Assembly: GCA_041170125.1 (NCBI GenBank)
Contig: JBEAZM010000016.1
Coordinates: 1 to 24,054, forward strand
Source: Actinomycetota bacterium
GTDB taxonomy: Bacteria > Actinomycetota > Actinomycetes > S36-B12 > UBA5976
Length of the DNA stretch: 24,054 nucleotides
Direction: 5' to 3'
Numbering within the stretch: the stretch's first letter is position 1; the number at the start of each line of letters is the position of its first letter. The notes beneath the pieces are model-generated. The model made no database searches, had not been told where the DNA came from, and saw nothing but the letters and a program-made list of their open reading frames with translations. Shown piece by piece: positions 9,171 to 18,101 of the stretch. The position numbers and the translations under genes were made by a program.

Positions 9171-10043
9171 ATGACTAAGCCATACGTATATCTGATTCTT
9201 GCGATGCTGGCATGGGGGTTTTCCAACCCCTTTTCTGACCTGGCGCTTGAGCACCTTCCTATTGGCTGGATGTTCTTGGTAGAACTCGGGACTGGTTTTA
9301 TCGTTTTGAGTTTTTTCTTTCGACGAACCTGGCTGCAGTTGCCATGGAAGGCCGTGGCCGCTCTCGGATTACTCCAACCCGGGCTGACATATTTTTTTGG
9401 AAACCTTGGTTACGCCAGCGGAACAGTTGCAACCGGATTAATCATCATGTCTTCAGAAGTCTTACTTCTTGCAATCTTTGGCTGGTGGTTTTTGCGGGAA
9501 AGCTTGAGACCTAAAGAGCTATTCGCGCTGTTGGTTGGTTTTGGAGGTGCGGTAATTGCTGGCTACTCGGCTCAAGCTAATTCGATTGGTTCACTTTGGT
9601 CCAATTTATTCTTTGCCTTCGCCGCAATCGCAGCTGCCGGATATTCCGTTTTGATTCGCAAACTTGCTCTCGAGGATCAGAACCTGGATGCGGTTGGACT
9701 TGCCTGGGGACAAGCATTCGTAGCTTTTCTATTTGCTGCGCTGACTTTCCCAGTTACTACCACCTTGACAAGTGGCGAGTTTGATTTCGCGTTGGTCGGA
9801 TACCTGGCAGCAGCTGGCTCCGGAGTCTTCGGTGTGGCGCTGCCTTTTGTTTGGTACGCAAAGGCAGCAGTTTCAGTTTCTACTGGTCACGCTGCAATCG
9901 GATTAAATCTGATTGCGGTGTTTGGGATTTTGATCGGAGCGCTCATCGGACGCGGCTTACCCACCCCATTACAAGTGGTTGGTGGCGCGCTGGTTTTGCT
10001 CAGTGTATTTGCGACTGAACAGCGCCAACAACAAGCCGATTAA
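9171..10043 (+). CDS. EamA/DMT family transporter
   Basis: 290 aa, about 10 TM segments in two repeats (LGLLQPGL...; ...GGALVL). ATG abuts the amidase TAA. Confidence 0.88.
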   Translation: MTKPYVYLILAMLAWGFSNPFSDLALEHLPIGWMFLVELGTGFIVLSFFFRRTWLQLPWKAVAALGLLQPGLTYFFGNLGYASGTVATGLIIMSSEVLLLAIFGWWFLRESLRPKELFALLVGFGGAVIAGYSAQANSIGSLWSNLFFAFAAIAAAGYSVLIRKLALEDQNLDAVGLAWGQAFVAFLFAALTFPVTTTLTSGEFDFALVGYLAAAGSGVFGVALPFVWYAKAAVSVSTGHAAIGLNLIAVFGILIGALIGRGLPTPLQVVGGALVLLSVFATEQRQQQAD

Positions 10044-12205
10044 TCCCGCAAGCCAAACCGTTCGTAGATCCGCGCAAGCGGTGCAGGAGCCCACCAGTTG
10101 TATTTGCCTGCAATGCGCATGAGTGCTGGCACCAGCAATCCACGCACCACAGTTGCGTCTAACAAAATAGCAAAAGCAATGCCGAAGCCGAGCATCTTGA
10201 TGCTGGTAACCGAACTAGTCACGAAGGCAGCAAACACAACCGCTAACAAAGCAGCAGCAGCCGTGATGATGCGGCCCGACTTCTGCAAACCAACCGCTAC
10301 CGCGGTTTGCGTATCTGAACCACGATCATGCTCTTCTTTGATTCGACTCAACAAGAAAACTTCGTAGTCCATGGATAAGCCGAAAGTCACGATCACAATC
10401 AACACCAAAGACGAGGTATCGAGTTGCCCTGTCACCGTGTAATCACCAGTGAGGAACTGCAGGTTGCCGTTTTGGAACATCCAACTCAAAACTCCGACGG
10501 TGGCAGACAGCGAAAGTAAATTCAAGAGCACTGCTTTGAATGGCAACAGTACGCTGCCAGTGAACATGAACAGCAGAATCAAAGTCGCGAGAGCAACCCA
10601 AGCGAATGCGGCAAGTAGATTGTCCGAAATTCCAGCCTGCGAATCAGCGTAGATTGCAGCACCGCCTCCGACCAGCGCGGTCGGAACAAGTTCGCGGATT
10701 TCCCAAATGAGAGCTTCACCTTCGGCATTACGTGGTTCTACCTCAGCGATAACCCGCAAACGGTCGTAGTCATCGGTCGTGAACGGCATGGCGGGCCAAC
10801 CAACCTCAGCGCCCAGCGGCAAGAACTCGCCGTTTTGATATATCCCGGCTGCACTCTCAACTCGGGTAATTTGCGGCAATTCGCTAATTTCAGTGGCTAG
10901 CCCAGAGGTTGCGCTATCAACTGGCAACAGAATTTCGATTGGTGAACCCTCAAAACTATTGAAGTTGTCACGGAAAGCTTGAGCCGCTTGAGCAGCTGGG
11001 TTAGAAGCCGGCAAAACCCGATCATCTACCTGACCGAACTTGGAATCCAACGCCAGGCTGGCAGCGGAGCCGAGCACCACAATCGTCACAAGTGAGACTG
11101 CCACCGGGCGACGCATTACAAAACGAGCTGTACGCGACCAAAAACCATCAGCCTTTGGAACCAGGTCACCACGCCGGATCTTCAACTTATCGACCCGCTT
11201 ACCAAGCAGTCGTAAAGCCGCAGGCAATGGCACCAACGCGCCAACCACTGCCATCAAACAAACCAGTACACCTGCAAAAGCAAATGAACGCAAGAATTGT
11301 TGTGGGAACACGAACATGGAACTCAAAGTTAGAGCCACAGTCAATCCAGAGAACAAGACAGTTCTACCTGCCGTATTTATCGTGTTTCTAATCGCGACAT
11401 CAACGTCGGTTTCTTTGTCCATTTCCTCACGAAAACGATTCACCATTAAGAGCGCATAGTCAATGCCTAACCCAAGACCCAACCCGGTGATTAGGTTCAA
11501 GGCAAAAACGCTGACATCAGTGAACAACGACACAGTGAAGATGCCGAACATTGCACCTGAGATTGCGAATAACCCAACAATCAGTGGCATTGAAGCTGCA
11601 ACAGCACTTCCAAAAACTATTAGCAACATCAACAACGTCAGAGGAATAGAGATTTTTTCGGCGAAAGTGATGTCTTCAGTGATCTGGGTGTTAATAGCGG
11701 TGTAGATAGATCCAACGCCACCAACATAAATCTTGACACCATTTTCGGTTGCCGGAAGTAGATCAATGATGTCACGCGAAATTGCATTTTTTTCATCTAA
11801 TGAATCAGATTCAAGGTAAATCAAAATCAAACCGAGGCTCTTGTTTTCTGCAGCCAAACTTTGAGCTAGACCTGAGTTCCAATAGGTCGTAATCTCACTG
11901 ATTCCCGAAATTTCATTTACGCGTTCATAAACATCATCAGCCACCGCAGTGACCTGGGCTGTATCAATTGCATTGGCTTTATTTGGAATGCCTACCAAAA
12001 TAGATAGATGCGGATCGGCAAGTTCAAAATCTGTTTCCAAGATTTCGGCAACCTTTGCGCTATCGCTGTTCGCATCGTCGTAGCCACCACCCGACATGCG
12101 GTTAACGACGTTGCCGCCGATTGCACCCGCAATTAGAAAAACTAAAACACTGCTAACGAGCACCCGCTTAGGGTGATTCACAATCCACCTGGTGAGGAAA
12201 CGCAT
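10040..12205 (-). CDS. MmpL family RND transporter
   Basis: 721 aa with two repeats, each a TM plus a large extracytoplasmic domain plus 5 TM. Carries GLGIDYALL and GLSMDYEVFLLSRIKEE motifs and a C-terminal NWWAP. Confidence 0.93.
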   Translation of the reverse strand: MRFLTRWIVNHPKRVLVSSVLVFLIAGAIGGNVVNRMSGGGYDDANSDSAKVAEILETDFELADPHLSILVGIPNKANAIDTAQVTAVADDVYERVNEISGISEITTYWNSGLAQSLAAENKSLGLILIYLESDSLDEKNAISRDIIDLLPATENGVKIYVGGVGSIYTAINTQITEDITFAEKISIPLTLLMLLIVFGSAVAASMPLIVGLFAISGAMFGIFTVSLFTDVSVFALNLITGLGLGLGIDYALLMVNRFREEMDKETDVDVAIRNTINTAGRTVLFSGLTVALTLSSMFVFPQQFLRSFAFAGVLVCLMAVVGALVPLPAALRLLGKRVDKLKIRRGDLVPKADGFWSRTARFVMRRPVAVSLVTIVVLGSAASLALDSKFGQVDDRVLPASNPAAQAAQAFRDNFNSFEGSPIEILLPVDSATSGLATEISELPQITRVESAAGIYQNGEFLPLGAEVGWPAMPFTTDDYDRLRVIAEVEPRNAEGEALIWEIRELVPTALVGGGAAIYADSQAGISDNLLAAFAWVALATLILLFMFTGSVLLPFKAVLLNLLSLSATVGVLSWMFQNGNLQFLTGDYTVTGQLDTSSLVLIVIVTFGLSMDYEVFLLSRIKEEHDRGSDTQTAVAVGLQKSGRIITAAAALLAVVFAAFVTSSVTSIKMLGFGIAFAILLDATVVRGLLVPALMRIAGKYNWWAPAPLARIYERFGLRD

Positions 12206-12308
12206 AAAAACCTTCTAGTTGGCCCCCGCCAAATGCTAACTTGGCATCACGTGGTTGCCACATGTAAAACCTGCCAACAGTGACTACCTGTTCGGTTTTT
12301 GTCTATGG

Positions 12309-13031
12309 CTAAAGCTCTAATGACGCCAATTCGTCAGTAATCTCAAATCCGAGCGACTCGTAGACTCGCATTGCCTGCACATTTGTTCCCTTAACACCTA
12401 GGTGAACGACTGATGAACCAAGCCTTTGGATTTCAGCGGTGGCTGCTGCTGTAATGGCTTTACCAAGACCTCGGCCGCGCAAACTCGGTGCTACTAAAAC
12501 TGTGTTCAACACGCGCTCACCACTGATTCGTCGGGATCCAGCAGCCACGGCCTCAATCGCCGTTCTATCGCCATTCCAAGCAACTGCCCAAAATTCAATT
12601 TCTGGGTGCCCGGGTAAGAAGTGAGCCTCGAATCCCGAGCGGACAATGAAAGCGTGTATTTGATTGTTCAATTTGGCATCGCTAACAATTTCTAGATTCA
12701 AGTGTGAAAAGTCTGGCAAGACTTGGTCAAACTTAGACATCCAAATCCAAGGGAAGACTGCTTTCGGATTTAGCTTCTCGGCCAATGCTGGATGTACGGT
12801 GATTTCTTTGATTTCGCCTAGCTTTGAGGTGGCAGCCATCACCGTGCGCGCATAAAAGGCAGGAGTGCTGGGCTTTGAAAAATAAATGAAGTTTCCACTT
12901 GCTCGACTTAGCGCGACCGCCTGAGCATCCCCTTCGCGCCAACCAGCCAAGAAGTTTTCTGGCGCAGAAGTGACACGTACATACATTGATGCTTTTAAAT
13001 CTACATCTTCATAAGAGTTAATTTCTGGCAT
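12309..13031 (-). CDS. GNAT family N-acetyltransferase
   Basis: Acetyl-CoA motif VAPSLRGRGLGKA and NVQAMRVYESLGF. Start placed at ATG 13031 (MPEINS), 5 nt after the lysE stop; the track's longer version overlaps lysE. Confidence 0.85.
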   Translation of the reverse strand: MPEINSYEDVDLKASMYVRVTSAPENFLAGWREGDAQAVALSRASGNFIYFSKPSTPAFYARTVMAATSKLGEIKEITVHPALAEKLNPKAVFPWIWMSKFDQVLPDFSHLNLEIVSDAKLNNQIHAFIVRSGFEAHFLPGHPEIEFWAVAWNGDRTAIEAVAAGSRRISGERVLNTVLVAPSLRGRGLGKAITAAATAEIQRLGSSVVHLGVKGTNVQAMRVYESLGFEITDELASLEL

Positions 13032-13036
13032 ACGGC

Positions 13037-13678
13037 TCAACTTAACAGCAACGGAATCATGATGGCGACGCCGAGCAAAATCATTACTAGGCCACCGATG
13101 TACCTGAGTTTTTCGAGTCGATGCGGCTCGCCACTTAGCCACTTGCGGGCAGTTCCAGCAGCAAGTGCCCACGTGCCATCAGAGAGAAAAGCTAAAACAG
13201 CAAAGACAGCACCCAACGACAAAAGCTGGAGCGTGACAGAGCCCAGCTCTCTATCAACAAATTGCGGAAAAATTGCGGCGAAAAAAACAATCGCTTTGGG
13301 ATTGAGAAAGCCAACCCAAAAGCCTTCTCGCAAATTCTTCGACAAACTCAATTGGCCATTCGGAGTCGACGTCATTTCGGCTGCACTGTCGGCGCGATGC
13401 CGAATTGCATCAATTCCCATCCATACCAAATACAGGCCCCCCGCGAACTGCACAGCAAAAAAGAGCAAATCCGAGGTCGATATCAAAGGACCGAGACCTA
13501 CGGCAACAAAAACAGCAAGTACCAACATCCCGATTGCGTTGCCAGCGACAGTAATAACCGCCGATGCCCGACCCCAGGCGATCGCTCGAGCGATTGCGAA
13601 CAACACGCTTGGCCCTGGCGCGAGAATGATTGCCATTGACGCTACGAAGTAACTCCAAAAGTATCGGGAAGAAATCAA
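13037..13678 (-). CDS. LysE/RhtB family amino-acid exporter
   Basis: IILAPGPSV, GGLYLVWMG and FWVGFLNPKAIVFFAAIFPQF. TTG start with a GAGGG RBS. Confidence 0.93.
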   Translation of the reverse strand: MISSRYFWSYFVASMAIILAPGPSVLFAIARAIAWGRASAVITVAGNAIGMLVLAVFVAVGLGPLISTSDLLFFAVQFAGGLYLVWMGIDAIRHRADSAAEMTSTPNGQLSLSKNLREGFWVGFLNPKAIVFFAAIFPQFVDRELGSVTLQLLSLGAVFAVLAFLSDGTWALAAGTARKWLSGEPHRLEKLRYIGGLVMILLGVAIMIPLLLS

Positions 13679-13702
13679 GGCACCCTCGCGTTGTGCATTT
13701 GT

Positions 13703-13718
13703 ATACCCCTGGGGGTAT
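13703..13718. promoter_or_regulatory. CsoR/CstR-family operator over the lysE promoter
   Basis: Palindrome ATACCCC-TG-GGGGTAT. On the minus strand it lies between a possible -35 TTTCCA (13727-13722) and -10 TATACA (13705-13700), 16-bp spacer. Confidence 0.8.
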
Positions 13719-13744
13719 CCTTGGAAAGTAGGAAATTAGAAAGG

Positions 13745-14050
<306 letters not shown>

Positions 14051-14077
14051 CTATGTACCGAACCAATTGGAGCAAAT

Positions 14078-15721
14078 ATGAGTACTGAAACAGCAAAGAA
14101 AGTTGTAATTGTTGGTGGTGTTGCCGGCGGTATGTCTGCCGCTACCCGCTTGCGCCGACTTGATGAGAATGCCCAAATTACAGTTTTCGAAAAAAGCAAT
14201 TACGTGTCTTATGCCAACTGCGGACTCCCCTATTACCTCGGTGGTGTTATTGAATGGCATGACGCTCTTGTACTTCAGACTCCTGAGGGTTTGAAAGCGC
14301 AGTTCAACATCGACGTCAATGTTGCCCATGAGGTCATCGCAATTGATCGCGCCAGCCAGAGCGTTAAAGTGCGAAACTTGACCGACGGTAGTGAGTTCGA
14401 GGTTGAGTACGACAACTTGATTCTGAGCCCAGGTGCCGCAACCATCAAACCGAACATTCCTGGCATTGAGCGCTCTTACCAACTGCGCACGGTTGAGGAT
14501 GTCGACACGCTATTCGCAGCAATCGCACATCATCCACAACATGTAACTGTTGTTGGTGGCGGATATATCGGGGTGGAGACTGCTGAGAACCTAGTTCACC
14601 GTGGCATCAATGTCACGCTCGTCGAAGCTGCGCCACAAGTTTTTGCGCCTATCGATGAAGAGATGGCGCTAACGGTTTCTGACGTTATGAAAATCAACGG
14701 AATTGATGTGCGCTTGAACTCGACGTTGACTGAGATTAGAGAAAATTCCGTTGTCTTGGCTGACGGCACCGAGATTCCGACCGAGTTGGTTGTGATGGCG
14801 ATCGGTGTTCGCCCTGACACCACGCTTGCGGTTGGGGCAGGACTTGAGGTTGGCCCTAAAGGCGGCATCAAAGTAAATGAATACCACCAGAGCAGTGATC
14901 CGAAAATCTATGCAGTTGGTGACGCCTGCGAAAAGATTGACGCGCTTGATGAGACGGCTGTCTTAATTCCACTTGCGAATCTCGCAAACCGCCATGGCCG
15001 TGTAACAGCTGACCACATCAGTGGCCACCCTGTTTCCCCCACAAAAGCAACCGGTACTTCGATTGTAAAAGTATTTGATCTTGCGGTTGCGGCAACCGGC
15101 TGGAATGAACGTCGCCTGAAGGCAGCTGGCATGAATTATGTTGCAGTTCATACTCATCCAGGTTCGCATGCTGGCTACTACCCTGGCACTGAACAAATGA
15201 TGTTGAAACTCTTGTTCAATCCTGCGACTGGCCAGATTTACGGCGCTCAAGGTATTGGCGGCGAAGGCGTCGACAAACGGATTGACGTGCTTGCTACCGC
15301 TATGCAGGCTGGCATGAAAGCCAATCGTTTGATGGATTTGGAATTGGCCTACGCCCCACCATTTAGCTCGGCAAAAGATCCAGTCAACATGCTTGGCTAC
15401 ATCGCCGACAACATCATGGCCGGTACGGTTAAAACTATTCAGTGGCATGAATTAAGCACTGAGCTCGCTGCTGGCGCTCTACTTCTGGACGTACGCAGCG
15501 CATATGAATACGGTCGTGGCCATATTGAAGGATCTTTAAATATTCCACTCACCGAAATTCGTGACCGTCACAACGAAATCACCAACAAGCAACTCATCGT
15601 GATGGATGCCAGCGGCCACCGAGCTCATACCGCTTCACGCCTGTTGGCGCAGTTGGGCTACTCCGTCAAGAACCTCGATGGCGGGTACGCAACCTGGAAG
15701 TCCTCTCCAGCAGCCAACTAA
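14078..15721 (+). CDS. CoA-disulfide/persulfide reductase with C-terminal rhodanese-like domain (CoADR-RHD/Npsr-like)
   Basis: GGVAGGMS FAD motif, SYANC48GLPY redox Cys, GGGYIG...VE NADH-type motif, LELAYAPPFSSAKDPVN. Rhodanese-fold C-terminus (LLDVR...GHIEGSLNIPL...LDGGYATW). Confidence 0.92.
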   Translation: MSTETAKKVVIVGGVAGGMSAATRLRRLDENAQITVFEKSNYVSYANCGLPYYLGGVIEWHDALVLQTPEGLKAQFNIDVNVAHEVIAIDRASQSVKVRNLTDGSEFEVEYDNLILSPGAATIKPNIPGIERSYQLRTVEDVDTLFAAIAHHPQHVTVVGGGYIGVETAENLVHRGINVTLVEAAPQVFAPIDEEMALTVSDVMKINGIDVRLNSTLTEIRENSVVLADGTEIPTELVVMAIGVRPDTTLAVGAGLEVGPKGGIKVNEYHQSSDPKIYAVGDACEKIDALDETAVLIPLANLANRHGRVTADHISGHPVSPTKATGTSIVKVFDLAVAATGWNERRLKAAGMNYVAVHTHPGSHAGYYPGTEQMMLKLLFNPATGQIYGAQGIGGEGVDKRIDVLATAMQAGMKANRLMDLELAYAPPFSSAKDPVNMLGYIADNIMAGTVKTIQWHELSTELAAGALLLDVRSAYEYGRGHIEGSLNIPLTEIRDRHNEITNKQLIVMDASGHRAHTASRLLAQLGYSVKNLDGGYATWKSSPAAN

Positions 15722-15724
15722 GTG

Positions 15725-15766
15725 AAAAGAATTGGCGACCACCTCAAGGTGGTCGCCAATTCTTTT
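15725..15766. terminator. Bidirectional intrinsic terminator
   Basis: Perfect 19-bp inverted repeat AAAAGAATTGGCGACCACC-TCAA-GGTGGTCGCCAATTCTTTT between the convergent reductase and DUF3817 genes, with a U-tract on both strands. Confidence 0.92.
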
Positions 15767-15772
15767 ACGGTT

Positions 15773-16096
15773 CTAAAGCTGAAATTCTTTGCGAAGTTTG
15801 CGCTCGCTCCAGAAAGACATGAATGGAACGGTGCCAGCAAGTTCCATCAAGATGAGTTTGCCGATGCTCCATTTTGCGCGCAGCCCTAAATCAAGGGTCA
15901 GCAAGAAATAAACAATGTAGAGCCAGCCGTGAGCCATCCAGGCGTAAGCAGTCCAATCACCGGGTCCGTTGAAAATGTACTTGTAAGGAATCGCAACCAC
16001 TGTAAGAAAGGCCAAAACTGTGCCTGTCAGGATTGCGATAAAGCGATACCGACCAAATGCCACGACAACATCTTGGGCTGGAACTTCTTGATTCAT
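15773..16096 (-). CDS. DUF3817 domain membrane protein
   Basis: RYRFIAILTG...HGWLYIVY...LAGTVPFMSFWSERK, the characteristic pattern of this family. Downstream of SURF1. Confidence 0.85.
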   Translation of the reverse strand: MNQEVPAQDVVVAFGRYRFIAILTGTVLAFLTVVAIPYKYIFNGPGDWTAYAWMAHGWLYIVYFLLTLDLGLRAKWSIGKLILMELAGTVPFMSFWSERKLRKEFQL

Positions 16097-16804
16097 TTAG
16101 GACTCGTTTCGTCGAGGGTTGGAGATGAGCTCACGATAATCGTCTAGCGTGAATTTCGCCCAAAGGAAAACAGTGAAGCCAGCAAAGATCCACCACTGCC
16201 AGGCATAAAACAAATTACGCATCTGGATACCTACAGGCGGCCAGGTGAAAAGTGACTCTGTCAATAGCTTCGCATTCGGAGCAGCTTCGATTTGGGTAGC
16301 GGCGATGTAGCCATCGTGCACATTCTGTTGCCATCGCAAAACCAGATCGTCAGTGTTTATCGCAGGCACACTGGCAGCAACTTCGTAACGGGCTGGCATC
16401 GCAGTCACTGAGTGAGCGGGTTGAATTCGACCGTTCACTTTGGTCTCTTCCGCAAGTCCACTCGGCGCCTCTGCGAAAGCAACCGCTACAGCCGTGCCGT
16501 CCGCTAGGTTGAGCTTGCAGACATCCCAAGCGGCACGAGTGGAATCGAAATCAACTGCAAAAGCAGCGGAACAATCGAGGAAACCACTGACAGTTACTGC
16601 CTGACCGTAGTTTGACTCAGCCAGATATTCCCCCACTTTGGATACTTTGCTCAAGTCCACAGCCGCGCGGGCGGCAACCGTGTTTACGACATCATTGCGG
16701 TATGCGACCGTGTACTGCCAGGCACCGAGCCCAGCGGTGGCTCCGAGTGCCAAAAGCATCAACAGCGTTGAGGCCATCAGCCGTCGGAAAAATTTTCGCC
16801 TCAT
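16097..16804 (-). CDS. SURF1 family protein
   Basis: N-terminal TM ending LGAWQ and C-terminal RNLFYAWQWWIFAGF TM. Adjacent to DUF3817. Confidence 0.75.
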   Translation of the reverse strand: MRRKFFRRLMASTLLMLLALGATAGLGAWQYTVAYRNDVVNTVAARAAVDLSKVSKVGEYLAESNYGQAVTVSGFLDCSAAFAVDFDSTRAAWDVCKLNLADGTAVAVAFAEAPSGLAEETKVNGRIQPAHSVTAMPARYEVAASVPAINTDDLVLRWQQNVHDGYIAATQIEAAPNAKLLTESLFTWPPVGIQMRNLFYAWQWWIFAGFTVFLWAKFTLDDYRELISNPRRNES

Positions 16805-17013
16805 AATTTTTCAGTCGGCTCCACAGAATCTGCATCTTCGCCCACAAAACCTTTTTGATTCAGACGTTTGATACGACCGTTCATATTCCACCAAAGCAGG
16901 AATACCAGCCCGAACATTCCGAAGAAAAAGAAGCCGCCAATCCAACCGGCCGTGACCCGCGCAGGATCAGGTACAAATTCAGCCTCAGTCAGGAGCCCAA
17001 GCAAAAAGTTCAT
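16801..17013 (-). CDS. Small single-TM protein of the type usually encoded just after mca
   Basis: MNFLL...PDPARVTAGWIGGFFFFGMFGLVFLLWWNMNGRIKRL. ATG 17013 follows a GAGGTG RBS (GTG 17040 is an alternative). ATGA overlap with SURF1. Family assignment from memory. Confidence 0.65.
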   Translation of the reverse strand: MNFLLGLLTEAEFVPDPARVTAGWIGGFFFFGMFGLVFLLWWNMNGRIKRLNQKGFVGEDADSVEPTEKL

Positions 17014-17079
17014 TTCACACCTCTGAGGGAATTCTCTCACCTCTGCAGATTTTCTGCGGATTAGTAGGCTTCAACCACT

Positions 17080-17586
17080 ATGGGAGTCGACCGTAAACGA
17101 GTGCCAAATCACTTACATGATCGCTACGACATCCGGCCGCGACCAATCGCTGCCTGGGTGGTAAGCGGCGTGGTTTTTGCTGCGGTTGTTCTTGGTGGCT
17201 TGTGGCAGATTGGCGATCGGCTGGTGTCGGGAGGTCGCACCGCCCTTGTAGGGTGGCAAGAATTGAGTCCCACCTCGGTGTCATTAGTTTGGAGTATCAA
17301 CCGACCAGATGCCGAAGCTGTTTATTGTGTGGCTCGAGTGCAGGATGCGGACCGATTCGATGTTGGGTATGCCGCTTTTTGGATTTCCGAAACCGGCCCG
17401 ACCGCGACCTACCGACTCGTGGTGAACACCGTAGGCGATAATTTTTCGGTGCCAAACCCAGTATGTGAGCCAAGTGGATTTGAGAATCTTCCTGGGCCAC
17501 ATTTCCGCCCGGGTATCTTGCCGCCGGCTCAAAGCCAAAATTTGGCTGCGCCGTGGCAAGTTACCCCCGCACCAATCGATAAGTAA
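17080..17586 (+). CDS. DUF4307 domain-containing protein
   Basis: RYD near the N-terminus, a single TM, then a beta-rich domain with CVARVQD...DVG. Directly upstream of greA, the usual position. Confidence 0.75.
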   Translation: MGVDRKRVPNHLHDRYDIRPRPIAAWVVSGVVFAAVVLGGLWQIGDRLVSGGRTALVGWQELSPTSVSLVWSINRPDAEAVYCVARVQDADRFDVGYAAFWISETGPTATYRLVVNTVGDNFSVPNPVCEPSGFENLPGPHFRPGILPPAQSQNLAAPWQVTPAPIDK

Positions 17587-17609
17587 TTCCCCAACGAACT
17601 GGAGTACTC

Positions 17610-18101
17610 ATGACCGAGCCACATGTAACTTGGCTGTCCCAAGCTGCCTTCGACAGTTTGGTGGCAGAACTTGCCGAACGTGAGGGTCCAATTCGCACGG
17701 AAATCACTGCTCGAATTGCGGAAGCTCGGGCCGAAGGCGACCTTAAAGAAAATGGTGGCTACCACGCAGCTCGAGAAGAGCAAGGTCACAACGAAGGTCG
17801 GATTAATCACCTGAAGGCCCTACTTGAAAATGCCAAAGTGGGCGCACCAGAAGTTGCCGATGGGGTTGCTCACATCGGACGAGTTGTAACCATCCAATTT
17901 GCGCCGGGTGATAGCGAGACTTATTACATCGGTACTGCTACCGAGGCGGAATTCACCAAATTCGAAATCCTCTCGCCCGGTTCACCGCTTGGTGAAGCTG
18001 TGATTGGCCGGCATATTGGTGACGATATTGAATACAAACTCCCAAACGGACGCGAAACCACAGTCACATTGATTGATGTACAAAAAAACGAAACCGCGTG
18101 A
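17610..18101 (+). CDS. greA: Transcription elongation factor GreA
   Basis: ARAEGDLKENGGYHAAREEQ and SPGSPLGEAVIG. GGAG RBS. Confidence 0.96.
   Translation: MTEPHVTWLSQAAFDSLVAELAEREGPIRTEITARIAEARAEGDLKENGGYHAAREEQGHNEGRINHLKALLENAKVGAPEVADGVAHIGRVVTIQFAPGDSETYYIGTATEAEFTKFEILSPGSPLGEAVIGRHIGDDIEYKLPNGRETTVTLIDVQKNETA

Noticed and set aside
13032-13172. N-terminal extension of the GNAT
   Set aside because: It overlaps the lysE 3' end in another frame; ATG 13031 gives clean operon spacing.
13059-13652. 197-aa plus-strand ORF
   Set aside because: Antisense shadow of lysE with no recognisable motifs.
17018-17045. CACCTCTG repeated at 20-bp spacing
   Set aside because: Only two 8-mers, which read as SD-like CAGAGGTG on the minus strand. 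Too short to call an operator or an mca remnant.
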